Shown here: in pieces, positions 1 through 11,200 of the stretch
Numbering within the stretch: position 1 is the first letter of the stretch
Layout of the letters: each line of letters begins with the position of its first letter
IMG/VR virus record: IMGVR_UViG_3300021185_001467
Span: 1-44,200 of that record
DNA length: 44,200 nucleotides
Strand: one strand, 5' to 3'
From: a virus
Taxonomy: Duplodnaviria > Caudoviricetes
Position numbers and translations under genes: made by a program
The notes under the pieces: model-generated
What the model was told of the DNA's origin: nothing
Databases searched by the model: none
What the model saw: the letters and a program-made list of their open reading frames with translations, nothing else

Positions 1-1
1 A

Positions 2-3000
2 ATCACCTGTAGGTGCCGGATATCCATCTGAAGTTAAACCTTGTATTTGCTCTGCAAAACTTTTTAACTCAGGCTTACTATCAATATATTTATTTATTGC
101 TTCAATATCTTTTTTAGCAACATTATCAGGTAGCATACCTTGCTTATCCCATAAATATAATCTTATAGCTTCTTCATTAGTAAAATCTCTTACGGCATCT
201 TTACCTAATTTAGCAGGAGAATTCTTAATTTGTTTTTTAAGCTCAGCCCATTGATTCATAGATTGCTGCTTAGCTATTTCAAAATCACGAATTCCTCTTG
301 CGTAAACATCAGTAATATTTTCTTTATACCATTTGAGATTCGCATCGCCTTCTTTACCTTTGCCAAGTGTAGGATATACTAATCCCATGTAATCCTCGGC
401 TGAATAAGGAACAAAAAACTTAAAAGGATTATTTTTCTTTCCAAGTTTTATAGCTCTAGCTTCAGAATATGTAGCATCAGCAGCAACACCTTTAACTCTT
501 TCAAGCATTTTATTAAAATCTTGATCAAGAGATTTAGATGATTTTATTTGAACTAATGGTTGCCCTACAGCATCAATACCGTAAACTTCACCAAATGTGT
601 TGCCATTTAAATCAACTAAACTTTCAGGGTTTAATCCTCCGTCAAACGAGGCTACTTCAGGATTAAAATATCTTTCAATCCAACTGTTTGAAAATACTTT
701 CCAACCATTAGGCATACCTGTGCCTAAACCAGCCATCCCTAATTTATAATTTAAAGCTTTGTCTAAAGCTATTACTTTATAGTTATTTTTAACAGCTTTA
801 AAATCTTGATAAAAATTTCTATTAGAAAGTATACTGTCTAATAAATATAAATAAGCACCGGTAGCTGGCATTGCGTGTTCAAATTCAAACAGTCTTTGGC
901 CATCGCCTTTTACGCCTAATGATCTACCTATAACCTCAGCTCCCAATCTATGCGGATGGTTTTTCACATTACCTACTAATTTAAAATAATTACCAAATAC
1001 AATAGCTGCATTCTTATCTTTTTTAATAGCATCATGGATTCTTTTCCACATTTCATCAAAAACTAAACCATTTTGTTCATTAAACTTAGCGGTTGTGCCG
1101 TTTTCAAAGTTTTCTTTTTGTTGGGCTTCGGTTTTACCTACAGCTTTACCATTTTCATACAATCTTCTTGTATAATCAGTAACACCTGGTATATCTTCAC
1201 CCCAATTTTTAAAACTATTATATGATTTAGTTAATTTAGATCTATAATAATCGTATACTTCATCTCTTTCTTGCTCAGTAAAAGACTTAGACTTACCACC
1301 TATAACTCTTTTACTATGAGTGAACATCCCTGTTCCTTCACCTGTAAATAAAAACTTTTTAGGAAATATAGGAAACACATATTTTTCTAAGTCAGATATA
1401 TATTTGTCTATATCTTCTTTTTTTCTAAGATCATATACACCTCTTCCTAAATATTTATTCAAAAGCTTATTAACATCACCCGTTTCTAATCTAAACTCTC
1501 GGTCTAAACTAGATGCTGGTTTATCATATTGGCTTTTACTAGCTAAAACAACTCCATGCTTCTTTTTAAATATCTCGGCCGTAGCAGGATCTTTTTTAGC
1601 AAATTCAATTCTAGCTTCATTTGCTACTTGTCTTGCTATAGCGTTATTTAATGACTTTTTACGGTCAGCTCTTGTAGAAGGTTTTTCGTTAGTAGCCTCA
1701 TAGTAATCTATAAACTCTTCTTTTGTAGGAGGATTTGTGTTCCAGTCTGCAGAAATACCACCTCCTTTTTGAAAGTCTATATTGTTTAAAGCCGCATCTA
1801 ATAAAGTATTGTAATTTTTATTTAAATATTTAGAAAAATCATTAGAGTTTTTAGTATTTTTACCTAATAATTCTTTTATATCATTAAATAATTGTTTGCT
1901 AAATATTTCATTAAAAACCTTATTTCTTGCAGTAAGCTTTTTCAAATCAGAAACATCTTTTCCTTCTAATTCTTTATCCGCTTTTATAGCAGCAAATTCA
2001 GCAAGTTTATTTATTTTTTCAATAACACCAGCTGGTATATTTAAAGCTTCAATTATAGATTTTTTAGTTGAAACTTCATCCGGGGCTTTTTCTTCTGTTG
2101 TAATAGCCTTAGCTTCTGTAACATCCGTAGTAATACCAGCCCCACCTTCTTCAACCATAGACTCAATACCAAGCTCTTTAGCCAATCTATTAGATCTTTG
2201 AAAAGCTCTTATACTAACAAACTTGTCTAAATCCTGTTTAGCAGGATCATACTCATTTGCTACAATAGTTGCTAAATTAGAAATCATACCATTTTTGTAG
2301 TCGTTTCTACTAACATCTCTTTTAGCATCTAAAGGTATTGGATCATAAAGTTTTTTAGTTACAGCTTCAACTATAGCCCCGACCTCTTGTCCAAACTCAG
2401 ATTTTGTAAAATCAAAAGTTTCTTGTCCCTGAGGTGTTTTAAGCAAACTTTGCTGTACTAAATTTTCTTTTGTTTTATATTTGTCTAATAAGCTTTTTAA
2501 ATTTGAACGAGAATCTTTTCTAGCTTGAGCAGCTTCTTTTTCAATGTTAGCAGCTTTAATAAGCTTACCTTTAAATCCTTTTTTAGCGCCCTCTAATAAA
2601 GCTTGTCTTAGCCCACCTTTAGATATATCTTTATTATAATCTTTTATAAAATTATAAACATCTTTGCCGGAATCAAATTTTCTTTCAATACCTACTGCGT
2701 CAAATACCTTTCTAAATTGATCACCTATTTTTGTAAACAAGTTTTCGTTAAACTTTAGATCACCAGTAGCAGTCGCATCTGAAAACAAGGATAAAACTTC
2801 TTCACCTTTTACAGCGTCTTTTTCGTTTTCATACAGCTCTAATCTATCTTTAAAAACAGAATCTTTTACTTCTTTACTGTTTAATTTATCAATTTCAGTT
2901 TTTAATGCGTTACCTAATGAAATAGCCGTTTCAGGATTATCTTGCAAAGTTTTAAATAGTACTCCATGTAAAAATTCGTGAGACCCTACGTTTATAGCTC

Positions 3001-4870
3001 CTGTTTTTTTAGAAACCTCTTCGTTTATTATTATCTCCTGGCTTCCATCAGCATTTTGTATTATAGTTCCGTCATTGCCCTCAGCTAGTACTTTTGATTG
3101 TTTAGTTTTTCTTTTATCTTTAGATAGTAAATAGTCTTGAACTTCTTGAGAAGTTTCAAACCTTTTAAACGTAAGGTTTTCTATTTTACTAGATAAGCCT
3201 TCAATTGTTTCAAGATTTTTTTCTAAATTAGCATCTGATCTATTTATAGCGTCAGATTTAATTTTAGTTAATTTTTCTTTACTAACATTAATATTAGATT
3301 GAATATCATCTAATAGTATATTTTTTTCTTCTTCAGTTATTTCTTTGTTTACGTATCTCTGGTCAGCTTTTTTCTTTTTTAACTCTTGTTTTTTTACTTT
3401 ATCAAACTCTTTTGAAGAACGATAAATTTCATTTTCCGTCATTGACGCAAACATTTTATTTTCTTCAAGAATAGTTTCTGCAAGTAAATTATTTTTTTCT
3501 TTTATTTGCTTATCAATACTATTTTTAACTTCTGCGTCTTTTGTTTTTGCTCTTTGCTTTCTTAAAGCATCCACCTCAGCCATAGTGCTATTTATAATAT
3601 CATAACCAAGAGAGGATCTCATTACAGAAGCCGCTTTAAATTTATCTTTTTTATCAATTAATAAATTTCTTTTACCCCCACTCATGGCGCCTCCACCAAC
3701 AAAACCTTGTAAATAAGCTTCTAAGCCTTCTTGTGAAAACATAGCGTCTTGCATCGCTTGTAGCTTATCTTCATCTTTTGCAGAAGCTACATTTAAAGCT
3801 TCTAAACCGGTTTGAACCCATTCGGTTAATCCTTCTTTGTTACCGGACAATAAAATATTAGAAAAAGTTTTGTTCATACCGGATTTAACAAGACCATTCA
3901 TCATCATCTTACCAGCGCCTTTTAAACCGGCTCTTTCTAATAAACCACCTCCAACACCAACTGCAATGGCGGTCCAAGTATTTTCACCTCCATCACTATC
4001 TTGCATGTACTGATCTAAAGATTTACCTTCTTTTTCAGCTAAGGCTTTATTGTAATCAACAAAAGCTCTACCTGTCATTTCAGGTATTAGCGAGGTTCCT
4101 CCAGTTAAAGCACTTGTAACGGCAGTTGATCCGATAGATGTAATACCATTAACTACCCCAGCCGCAAGTTCTCCTAAATCAAAATTCTTAACACCTTCTG
4201 TTATGCTGCCAGTTTCCTTCATTTCTGCCTCTTGTAGCTGAAATTGTTGCAAAGCTTCATCAGTTTCGCTGGCGGTCATTGTTCCAAAATCTTTAAAAAA
4301 TTGAGGCACATCTTCATTAGCTAAAAAATTATCTATAGTTTCGTCGCCAAATAATTTTCTAACTACACTATTTACACCTATAGATGCTCCAGGTATTGCT
4401 TGTTGAATTTGATCAACCATATTACCAAGACTATTTGACATTTTTTCAAAAGAAGATGATTCCTTTAAAGCAGGCTCTCCTGTTTCTTTATCTAAAACAA
4501 TTTGATTTGCATTATCATAAACATAGCGGTCCCTTAATGCCTCTTGTCTTTTTGCAATTAACTCAGCCTCTTGCCGAACCTCTCTTTCTTCGTTCGTTTC
4601 ATCTAAATTTCTTCTTCCTTGGCTCCATAAATTTACAGGGTCTTCACTTTGTAATTCCAAAGAACCACTTTCCAACTGCGATCCCGTATCGGGTGTTAAC
4701 CCTGCTGCAGGTGCAGTTGTCTCCACAACAGGTGCTTGCTTTTCCACTTTTGGTTCTTCTATTTTTTGCTCTTCCTGCAATACTGCATCAGGGAATTTTT
4801 TAAGAAAATCGGATTCTCTATGAGGAGCCACATTGTATTGTACTCCATCCACAATATAAATTTTATTCAT
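2..4870 (-). CDS. Giant virion/ejected polyvalent-type protein, 3'-truncated (>1620 aa), with zincin metallopeptidase motif
   Basis: Absent from the ORF track, presumably because no stop falls in the window. ATG at 4870 gives MNKIYIVDGVQYNVAPHRESDFLKKFP. In-frame spot checks: TWTAIAVG (~3970), GSHEFLHG (2963-2986), FEFEHAMP (~870-890), DGYPAPTGD at the edge. Not every codon was checked for stops. Confidence 0.85.
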   Translation of the reverse strand, partial: MNKIYIVDGVQYNVAPHRESDFLKKFPDAVLQEEQKIEEPKVEKQAPVVETTAPAAGLTPDTGSQLESGSLELQSEDPVNLWSQGRRNLDETNEEREVRQEAELIAKRQEALRDRYVYDNANQIVLDKETGEPALKESSSFEKMSNSLGNMVDQIQQAIPGASIGVNSVVRKLFGDETIDNFLANEDVPQFFKDFGTMTASETDEALQQFQLQEAEMKETGSITEGVKNFDLGELAAGVVNGITSIGSTAVTSALTGGTSLIPEMTGRAFVDYNKALAEKEGKSLDQYMQDSDGGENTWTAIAVGVGGGLLERAGLKGAGKMMMNGLVKSGMNKTFSNILLSGNKEGLTEWVQTGLEALNVASAKDEDKLQAMQDAMFSQEGLEAYLQGFVGGGAMSGGKRNLLIDKKDKFKAASVMRSSLGYDIINSTMAEVDALRKQRAKTKDAEVKNSIDKQIKEKNNLLAETILEENKMFASMTENEIYRSSKEFDKVKKQELKKKKADQRYVNKEITEEEKNILLDDIQSNINVSKEKLTKIKSDAINRSDANLEKNLETIEGLSSKIENLTFKRFETSQEVQDYLLSKDKRKTKQSKVLAEGNDGTIIQNADGSQEIIINEEVSKKTGAINVGSHEFLHGVLFKTLQDNPETAISLGNALKTEIDKLNSKEVKDSVFKDRLELYENEKDAVKGEEVLSLFSDATATGDLKFNENLFTKIGDQFRKVFDAVGIERKFDSGKDVYNFIKDYNKDISKGGLRQALLEGAKKGFKGKLIKAANIEKEAAQARKDSRSNLKSLLDKYKTKENLVQQSLLKTPQGQETFDFTKSEFGQEVGAIVEAVTKKLYDPIPLDAKRDVSRNDYKNGMISNLATIVANEYDPAKQDLDKFVSIRAFQRSNRLAKELGIESMVEEGGAGITTDVTEAKAITTEEKAPDEVSTKKSIIEALNIPAGVIEKINKLAEFAAIKADKELEGKDVSDLKKLTARNKVFNEIFSKQLFNDIKELLGKNTKNSNDFSKYLNKNYNTLLDAALNNIDFQKGGGISADWNTNPPTKEEFIDYYEATNEKPSTRADRKKSLNNAIARQVANEARIEFAKKDPATAEIFKKKHGVVLASKSQYDKPASSLDREFRLETGDVNKLLNKYLGRGVYDLRKKEDIDKYISDLEKYVFPIFPKKFLFTGEGTGMFTHSKRVIGGKSKSFTEQERDEVYDYYRSKLTKSYNSFKNWGEDIPGVTDYTRRLYENGKAVGKTEAQQKENFENGTTAKFNEQNGLVFDEMWKRIHDAIKKDKNAAIVFGNYFKLVGNVKNHPHRLGAEVIGRSLGVKGDGQRLFEFEHAMPATGAYLYLLDSILSNRNFYQDFKAVKNNYKVIALDKALNYKLGMAGLGTGMPNGWKVFSNSWIERYFNPEVASFDGGLNPESLVDLNGNTFGEVYGIDAVGQPLVQIKSSKSLDQDFNKMLERVKGVAADATYSEARAIKLGKKNNPFKFFVPYSAEDYMGLVYPTLGKGKEGDANLKWYKENITDVYARGIRDFEIAKQQSMNQWAELKKQIKNSPAKLGKDAVRDFTNEEAIRLYLWDKQGMLPDNVAKKDIEAINKYIDSKPELKSFAEQIQGLTSDGYPAPTGD

Positions 4871-4874
4871 ATTA

Positions 4875-6416
4875 TTAATTTGCAAAATCGTTATTTATTT
4901 GAGCTTGCCCTATACCCTGCATTTCTGTTAAAGGGTCATTTGTACCTGTTTTCATACCAGCAGGGATTGCTTCTCTGCTAAATGATTCCATGCCTGTGGC
5001 AGCATACATTTTCTTATAAACGTTGTCCATGTTGTTAAAGTCCTCAAGCAAAAGCCTCACCGGAGTTCTTCTTGACTGTGGTAGTTTTTCGTTAACAATA
5101 TCAAAACCTAAAAATCTTGAAGGTATTACATTACCAGCGGCATCAATTGTTGGTTCAGAATAAATAGGTTTAGGGTTGTTAAATCCTTTTTCAATAAGGC
5201 TGGTTTGTACATTACTAAAAAACTTACCAGGGTTATTAACCATATCCTCTTTGAACATGTACTGCTGAGATAACGGATCGTTTTCGTCTTTATTATTAAT
5301 AGTAGCGTCCGGCATATTGCTAATAGTACTCTCAACGTCTTTTCTATTATCTATTCTATCTTTATACGTTTCAAACTGCGTTTGTTGCGCTCTTTTTTCT
5401 ACGTTAACAGCTTTTTGGTTAATACCATACATTCCTCTAGCTTTATCAAGCCACTTTTGTTGTAGAAGTCTATCCCCTTCTGTGATAACACCGTCAGCTT
5501 TTTCTTGCGGTGTTAATCGGTCTTCATCTATTACCTGTAAAAACAATTCTTTAGCAGAGTCACGCGGTATACCAAAGTGATCAACTAATAATGCAGCGCT
5601 TTTTCTTTCTTTATTGCCAGGGCCTGCTTGATTTATAATGTCCGTTAAAGAATTATAAGCTAAATCAGCACCGCTTAAACCTTGCCCTCCAAAACCAGCA
5701 GGATCGGCGTCAAAGCCTATTATGTTACCATTCGCGCCCTTGTTTAAGTTTATTGATGTTTTTAATATGGTATCAACATCATCTTTTGATTGTATCTTTT
5801 TACCTAGTTCTCCAAACTCACTAGCAGCAATAGAATAAGGTTTTCCATCAACAGTTTCTGAAACCCACGTGGTTAAACCATTTACATTTTCAAAGTGACC
5901 TTTGGGTGAACCTCTACGCATGTCCTCGGCTATACCTAAGAGATTAGCTGAATTATAATCAGAAAAAGTGCCGTTTTCCATAGCGGTATTAACTAGGCCT
6001 AGAAACTCAGCGGCTCCCTTATCCATGTTTTTAACATTCGTAACGTCTGATTTTAACCTAGCCATTGCTTGTGAGTATGAATCATAATCACCTGTTCTTT
6101 TTAATTCTGAATTTAAATAAGCGGCTTGATCAGCAATTTGTCTGCCTGCGGCTGTCATTATTTCATCCATACCTCTAACACCTGTGGTTGGAACGATATT
6201 TAGATCGTCCATCTCGCTGGCCATTTTTTGGGCATAGTTGTAATTAAGTATGTTTCTTTTAAGCTCTCTGTCCTTACGCTGAGCAGCTCTATCCTCCATC
6301 AGCCTGCGTTCGGCAAGTGTTGAATCAACACTTTTTCCGACCATTCTTTGCACATTAGCACCTCCTGGGGCGTATTCGTATTCTTTAGACCAAAAGTCGT
6401 AATTATAGTTTGCCAT
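4875..6416 (-). CDS. Putative internal virion/ejection protein (513 aa)
   Basis: Long ORF between the pilot-like protein and the giant protein, with a helical N-half. Function inferred from position. Confidence 0.6.
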   Translation of the reverse strand: MANYNYDFWSKEYEYAPGGANVQRMVGKSVDSTLAERRLMEDRAAQRKDRELKRNILNYNYAQKMASEMDDLNIVPTTGVRGMDEIMTAAGRQIADQAAYLNSELKRTGDYDSYSQAMARLKSDVTNVKNMDKGAAEFLGLVNTAMENGTFSDYNSANLLGIAEDMRRGSPKGHFENVNGLTTWVSETVDGKPYSIAASEFGELGKKIQSKDDVDTILKTSINLNKGANGNIIGFDADPAGFGGQGLSGADLAYNSLTDIINQAGPGNKERKSAALLVDHFGIPRDSAKELFLQVIDEDRLTPQEKADGVITEGDRLLQQKWLDKARGMYGINQKAVNVEKRAQQTQFETYKDRIDNRKDVESTISNMPDATINNKDENDPLSQQYMFKEDMVNNPGKFFSNVQTSLIEKGFNNPKPIYSEPTIDAAGNVIPSRFLGFDIVNEKLPQSRRTPVRLLLEDFNNMDNVYKKMYAATGMESFSREAIPAGMKTGTNDPLTEMQGIGQAQINNDFAN

Positions 6417-6420
6417 ATTT

Positions 6421-7599
6421 TTATCCTGGATTTTTACCTAATAAATTTGATACACCTACACCACCTGTAAACGCGCTTACGGCCGCATCAGCAACACCAG
6501 CTATACCGCCTATAAGATCGGCTTTAGCTTGAGCTCTTGCTTCATCAGCTGCATTTTTACGCGCCATAGCTCTTCCTGTTTGATCCTGTAGCTTGTCAAA
6601 CTCAAATTGCTGTACAGCCGCATCTCCTTGACGAGACATTACATCTGATTTAAATTCATAATCTGCAGCAGCTATAGAAGCTTGGTTTGCTGCTGAAGCT
6701 CCAAATCTTGCAGACTGATTTTGCGCTTGTTGATTTGCTAAAGCAAATTGATTTTCTGCTCCAAATTGAGATTGAGCAAACTGGTTTTGATTACGAGCAT
6801 TAAATTGAGACATTTGATTTGCTGCCCCAAATTTTGAAAGAGCAAATTGATTTTCAGCCTGTGCTCCAAACCTTGCGGCTTGATTTTGTGCTTGTGCGCC
6901 AAATTGCGCAGCTTGGTTAGCCGCTTGTGCACCAAATTGCGCAGCTTGGTTTTCCTGGCCTATATTAAATTGTTGCTGGCCAAGATCAAATTTAGAAGCT
7001 AAATTTTGTTGTGAAAGTTGTGATCTTTGCAACTCGCTTTCTCCTTGGGCTCTTAATCTTTCGTTTTGTTTTACCTGCTGATCAATTGATGCTGCTACAC
7101 CGGCCTTAGATTTTGCAGCTTGAGCAGCCAATGCTGTGGCTCCACCTCCGCCTGTTCCCGCTTGTGCAGCTAGATCTTGTGACGCAGCTAATGCTTGATC
7201 AGCCTCTCTAGCTTGCATATCTGCAGCAGCAGTAGAAACTTGCAAATTGGCCATTGTATTAGTAAGACCCGTATTGGCACCTCTTAAAAGACCCCCCACG
7301 TTTGTTGTTCCAGCGTCATATCCCTGTGACTCATATCCTTGAGCAGAATATCCTTGAGCCGGTCCCAGAGCAGCCAGTTGTGCCCCCGCAGCCGGTCCTA
7401 GCTCTCCAACTTGTGCCATTGAAGGGTCATATCCTGCTGCTCCAATTTCTGGCCCTTGCATACCTTGGTATGTATTTGACATTTTAAAAGCATCTTGATT
7501 CCTTCTTGCTGCATCTAATGCAGCCCCCGCGTTTTTCTGTTCTCTTCTTCTTTTTTTACCTCCAAAAGCGGAGGCCACTCCTTTTACTATAGATCCCAT
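6421..7599 (-). CDS. Ala/Gln/Gly-rich DNA pilot/ejection-type protein with 11-aa repeats (392 aa)
   Basis: Gly/Ala hydrophobic ends (MGSIVKGVASAFGG; LIGGIAGVADAAVSAFTGG) and AAQFGAQAANQ-type repeats. Follows the GNAT gene, as in podovirus ejection modules. Confidence 0.65.
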   Translation of the reverse strand: MGSIVKGVASAFGGKKRRREQKNAGAALDAARRNQDAFKMSNTYQGMQGPEIGAAGYDPSMAQVGELGPAAGAQLAALGPAQGYSAQGYESQGYDAGTTNVGGLLRGANTGLTNTMANLQVSTAAADMQAREADQALAASQDLAAQAGTGGGGATALAAQAAKSKAGVAASIDQQVKQNERLRAQGESELQRSQLSQQNLASKFDLGQQQFNIGQENQAAQFGAQAANQAAQFGAQAQNQAARFGAQAENQFALSKFGAANQMSQFNARNQNQFAQSQFGAENQFALANQQAQNQSARFGASAANQASIAAADYEFKSDVMSRQGDAAVQQFEFDKLQDQTGRAMARKNAADEARAQAKADLIGGIAGVADAAVSAFTGGVGVSNLLGKNPG

Positions 7600-8039
7600 T
7601 AGTATCTCATTATTAATTCGTATGATGGAGTATCATCGCAATAATACTCCGCCTTTTTATATTTGTCTAATAACATGCCTTCTTTTGCCCAAGCAAATGC
7701 GTATTTGTAACCCATGTCCTTGGCAAAATCCGTTGTAAAATCTACTAAGAGTTGCAATGCTTCACTTCTGTCGGTGTCTCGATAAGCTATATCACTCACT
7801 ACTACAGCTGGAATCGCAGTCTTACTATTTGTCATCCAAAGCCACATAGCTGCAATAGGATCATCTCCTTTGCAGACCATAAAGCCGCCTAGTCCTTTTC
7901 TTTTTTCTTCTTGTTCATCCCCTATTTGAAATGCTCCAGGAAGAAAGTCTCTTGGAAAGCCCTCGGATCCGTAAGCTTCCCACCATTTAGGTAAAAAGTT
8001 CCAATCCGATTCTTGTAATTTTCGTACTTGTAATTGCAT
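7599..8039 (-). CDS. GNAT-fold acetyltransferase-like protein (146 aa)
   Basis: QVRKLQESDW start and RSEALQLLVDFTTDFAKDMGYKYAFAW...DKYKKAEY pattern. Sits between nozzle and ejection genes, like T7 gp13. Confidence 0.7.
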   Translation of the reverse strand: MQLQVRKLQESDWNFLPKWWEAYGSEGFPRDFLPGAFQIGDEQEEKRKGLGGFMVCKGDDPIAAMWLWMTNSKTAIPAVVVSDIAYRDTDRSEALQLLVDFTTDFAKDMGYKYAFAWAKEGMLLDKYKKAEYYCDDTPSYELIMRY

Positions 8040-8044
8040 ATAAT

Positions 8045-8281
8045 TTAATTAGATGAATAAACTGCTTCTGAGTTTATCGCATAAAGCTCGTGATAACTAC
8101 CAGATTTGCTGGCTGGTAATGTTAATCTTACTTTATTATAAACGCCCTTCACGCCGTTAACGAGGGTTGTTGAGTCTGTTACAACAACCCCGTTTTCAAC
8201 TTTATAAGTTGTTTTTTCAGAAACTATAGGCGAAAAGTATTTGCCTTCTTTTTTTTCAAAAGGAAAATTTATTATTGCCAT
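8045..8281 (-). CDS. Small protein resembling the C-terminal segment of crAss-like muzzle/stabilisation proteins (78 aa)
   Basis: FEKKEGKYFSPI...GVKGVYNKVRL...ELYAINSEAVYSS. ATG lies 1 nt after the muzzle stop codon. Confidence 0.65.
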   Translation of the reverse strand: MAIINFPFEKKEGKYFSPIVSEKTTYKVENGVVVTDSTTLVNGVKGVYNKVRLTLPASKSGSYHELYAINSEAVYSSN

Positions 8282-8282
8282 A

Positions 8283-11200
8283 TTAACCGTTTTGTGTTAT
8301 ATTAATAGTTACGTCAGATAAAGCTGGGCTTATTCTTGTGTTTTGATTTGATAATGTTATAGTTCCTGTTCTAGCACTTCCCGTTGTATTCTCAGTTGTA
8401 TTTATGAAAAACGAAGTTGAAGCTGGAATTGTAGCTGGCCCTGTAGAACCACCTATTAAAATCCAACTATCTGAAGGTGTAGCTAAAGATGTTACATTTG
8501 TACTTGAAACTATTAACGTATCGCTACCCGGAACAGCTGGTAGTGTTTGAGCACTATAGCTTCCCATTGTTGCATCTACAACACCGCCTGTTATTGTTAT
8601 TACAGCTGTTATATCCGAGCTAGGCTCTATTAGCTGCACGTTATATGCTGCATTAAAATTAATATCAGCATTTATATTAAGCGTAGTTGTTGATGGCACT
8701 AAATTACCTGTTGTTTGATCTGTTACTACAAAATTAACACTACCTGTCGTCATGGTTTTGTCAGCAGGTATATTTGTATATGTTAATGTAGCTGTCGCGT
8801 TTTCAACATCAAATTTAGATATTTTATAATTATTGCCCGGCGTTGTAAAGGCCATATACTGCGCTGTTGGTGTTACCCATGCTAAATTTGTTTTAGCAAT
8901 TGCCGTACCACTAACAGCTATAGAACCTACAGAAACGGTATTAGGTACCGTAATAGGTATGCTATATTGAGCATTATCTCTATTATTAGCCTTGGCAGGA
9001 GAAGCTGCTTCTAATCTGCTTACTACAGCACTACCTGGGTTGAAAGAACTAGAACCACTTGTATCAATAGTTATACTAGCTGGATCTATATAATAGTCTT
9101 CATTAGCTAATAAACTAAATATAACGTTGGAACTTCCTTCTGTGTTAAACACTTGAGAGGCTGGTGTTAAATCCGCTAGCGCAACTGCGTCAGTAGTGTT
9201 AATAGTTAATAAAGCCGGAAGATTAGCTAAAACAGCTCCAACACCACTTACATTCAACGTTTGTATTGTTTCTGAGTTTGTTACAACATAAGAAACCCTA
9301 AAAACTATATTCCCATCAGCCGTTATTGAAGTTGGATTTACTATAGTTAAACCCGTGTCTGATAAAACAACATCTGAAACAGAATTAAACCTATAAGCAC
9401 TACTTATGGGGCTTGCTGTTATAATCCATGTTATCGTATCACCCTCGTTAGCTATTATTGTTTGTTGACCTGATATACCAGCATTAGGTATATTTCCTGA
9501 AGTTTGCAAAGTTGTTGCTATTGTAGAACTTGTAGTTGGCAAAGTACCTATACTTTCAATATCTGTTTGTATAAAAGTAATCTCCCAATCCTCATTCCCT
9601 TCATAGCCTATTGTGTTAAATTGCTTAACCGTTGAAGGGCTGTCATTCATTATAGCGTCTACATAGGATTCTACCGAGCCTAGCCCGTAAAAGTTATTAC
9701 GTGTACCAGGCAGGATATTGTTATGCTCCCATAAGCTACCCCCGGAAAAAGTATAATAAGTATTATTAAGGCTAATACCTGATTCTGGTTTAAAAGAAAC
9801 AAAGCTAGTCCATCCTTGAGACGCTGGATCATAAGAAACAGTAAGATAATCGTTAGAAGCAGTAGCAACGTTAGTGTCTTTGTTGCCATCAAAACCTGTG
9901 CTTGTTAACGATAAATTATATACGCCAGAGTATTCATCATAAGATCCTATAACATCTGTTGACATTTTTAAAGCGTCTCTAAAAAAGTCAGACATACCTG
10001 CATCTGATATTTTTGCTAAAGCCCCGTTTTGTGTCATCATTAAAACTACACCTTTGTTTTTATCAGTAAAAAACTTATTAAAACCAAAAGAAGCGTATGA
10101 TAATGGATTTTTAGCAATACCAAATTCACCAGGGAATGGAGCTATAGTCCCTAAAAACTGCGTGTTGCTTGTAACAGGTACTGCTCCGCCTTCTGCAGAG
10201 TATATAAAATCCTTGTCAATTGGAGACCTAGATACTTTATCCTCTTGAAATATAAGAACTTGTGTGTCGTCAGCGTCTAGCTTCTGTATAGATCCGTTTT
10301 GTGGATCAACAGATATAGTTAAACCTCCTTCAGACTCGTTAAATTGGTTCACATAGTTTATACCAGTTCTAGAGTTAAACAAGCCGCTAGAGTGGATTAA
10401 AGTGTTAAACCTTCTTTCTTCAGCAAAGTTTTCTTGAACAACATAGGCTCTAACACCTACGTCAAAAGCTTGTTGGTTAAACCCAACTCTTAATCTATTG
10501 GTTTCTATGTGTGTACCTGCTGTAAAATCTAATAAACAGCAATTAAAAAAGTTTATATCTTTAGCTGTTGTTGTTAAAGCTGATACTAATCCACCTGTTG
10601 AAGTCTCATAAAATATATCTAAATCAGATTCAAAAGGCTTTGTTTCAAATACAGATAATCCGCTTGTAGAAGAGCCTGTTGATACAGTAGCATCTCCTGA
10701 AGGATTAGAAATAGATCTAACTTTAGTTAATGTATTTGAAGTGTTATTTGATCCACCTAGTATTTTAGGAAAAACAAAAACATTAGTCGGCGATATAGAC
10801 GAGCTGGTACTAGGCGGTATTACTGCTGTTTGATCTCTAGGTATTTTATTTATACTATCCCCTAGCCTTGCTACGGAATCTTGAGAGTTAATAACAGATA
10901 TCCAATTGTAATACTCCTGTTCTCTTTGTTTTACAACTACTCTATATGAGTAAGCCCATCCTAAGGATTGTAATTTATTTATTGTAGCCTGTGAGAAAGA
11001 TATACGCAAAGCGTTAAAAGCTGTTGTAGATGAAGCACTACCGGTGCCTCCTTCTACAAAAACAGTATCACCTCCAGAGTTTGACAATATAACAGGTGTT
11101 TGTCTTCCAAACTTATCGGCTAAAACAATACCAACCTGGTAAGTCCTTCTTGATTTAACGGATAGGTTTTCTAATTGGCTATGCCTTGCAGATGTTTCTC

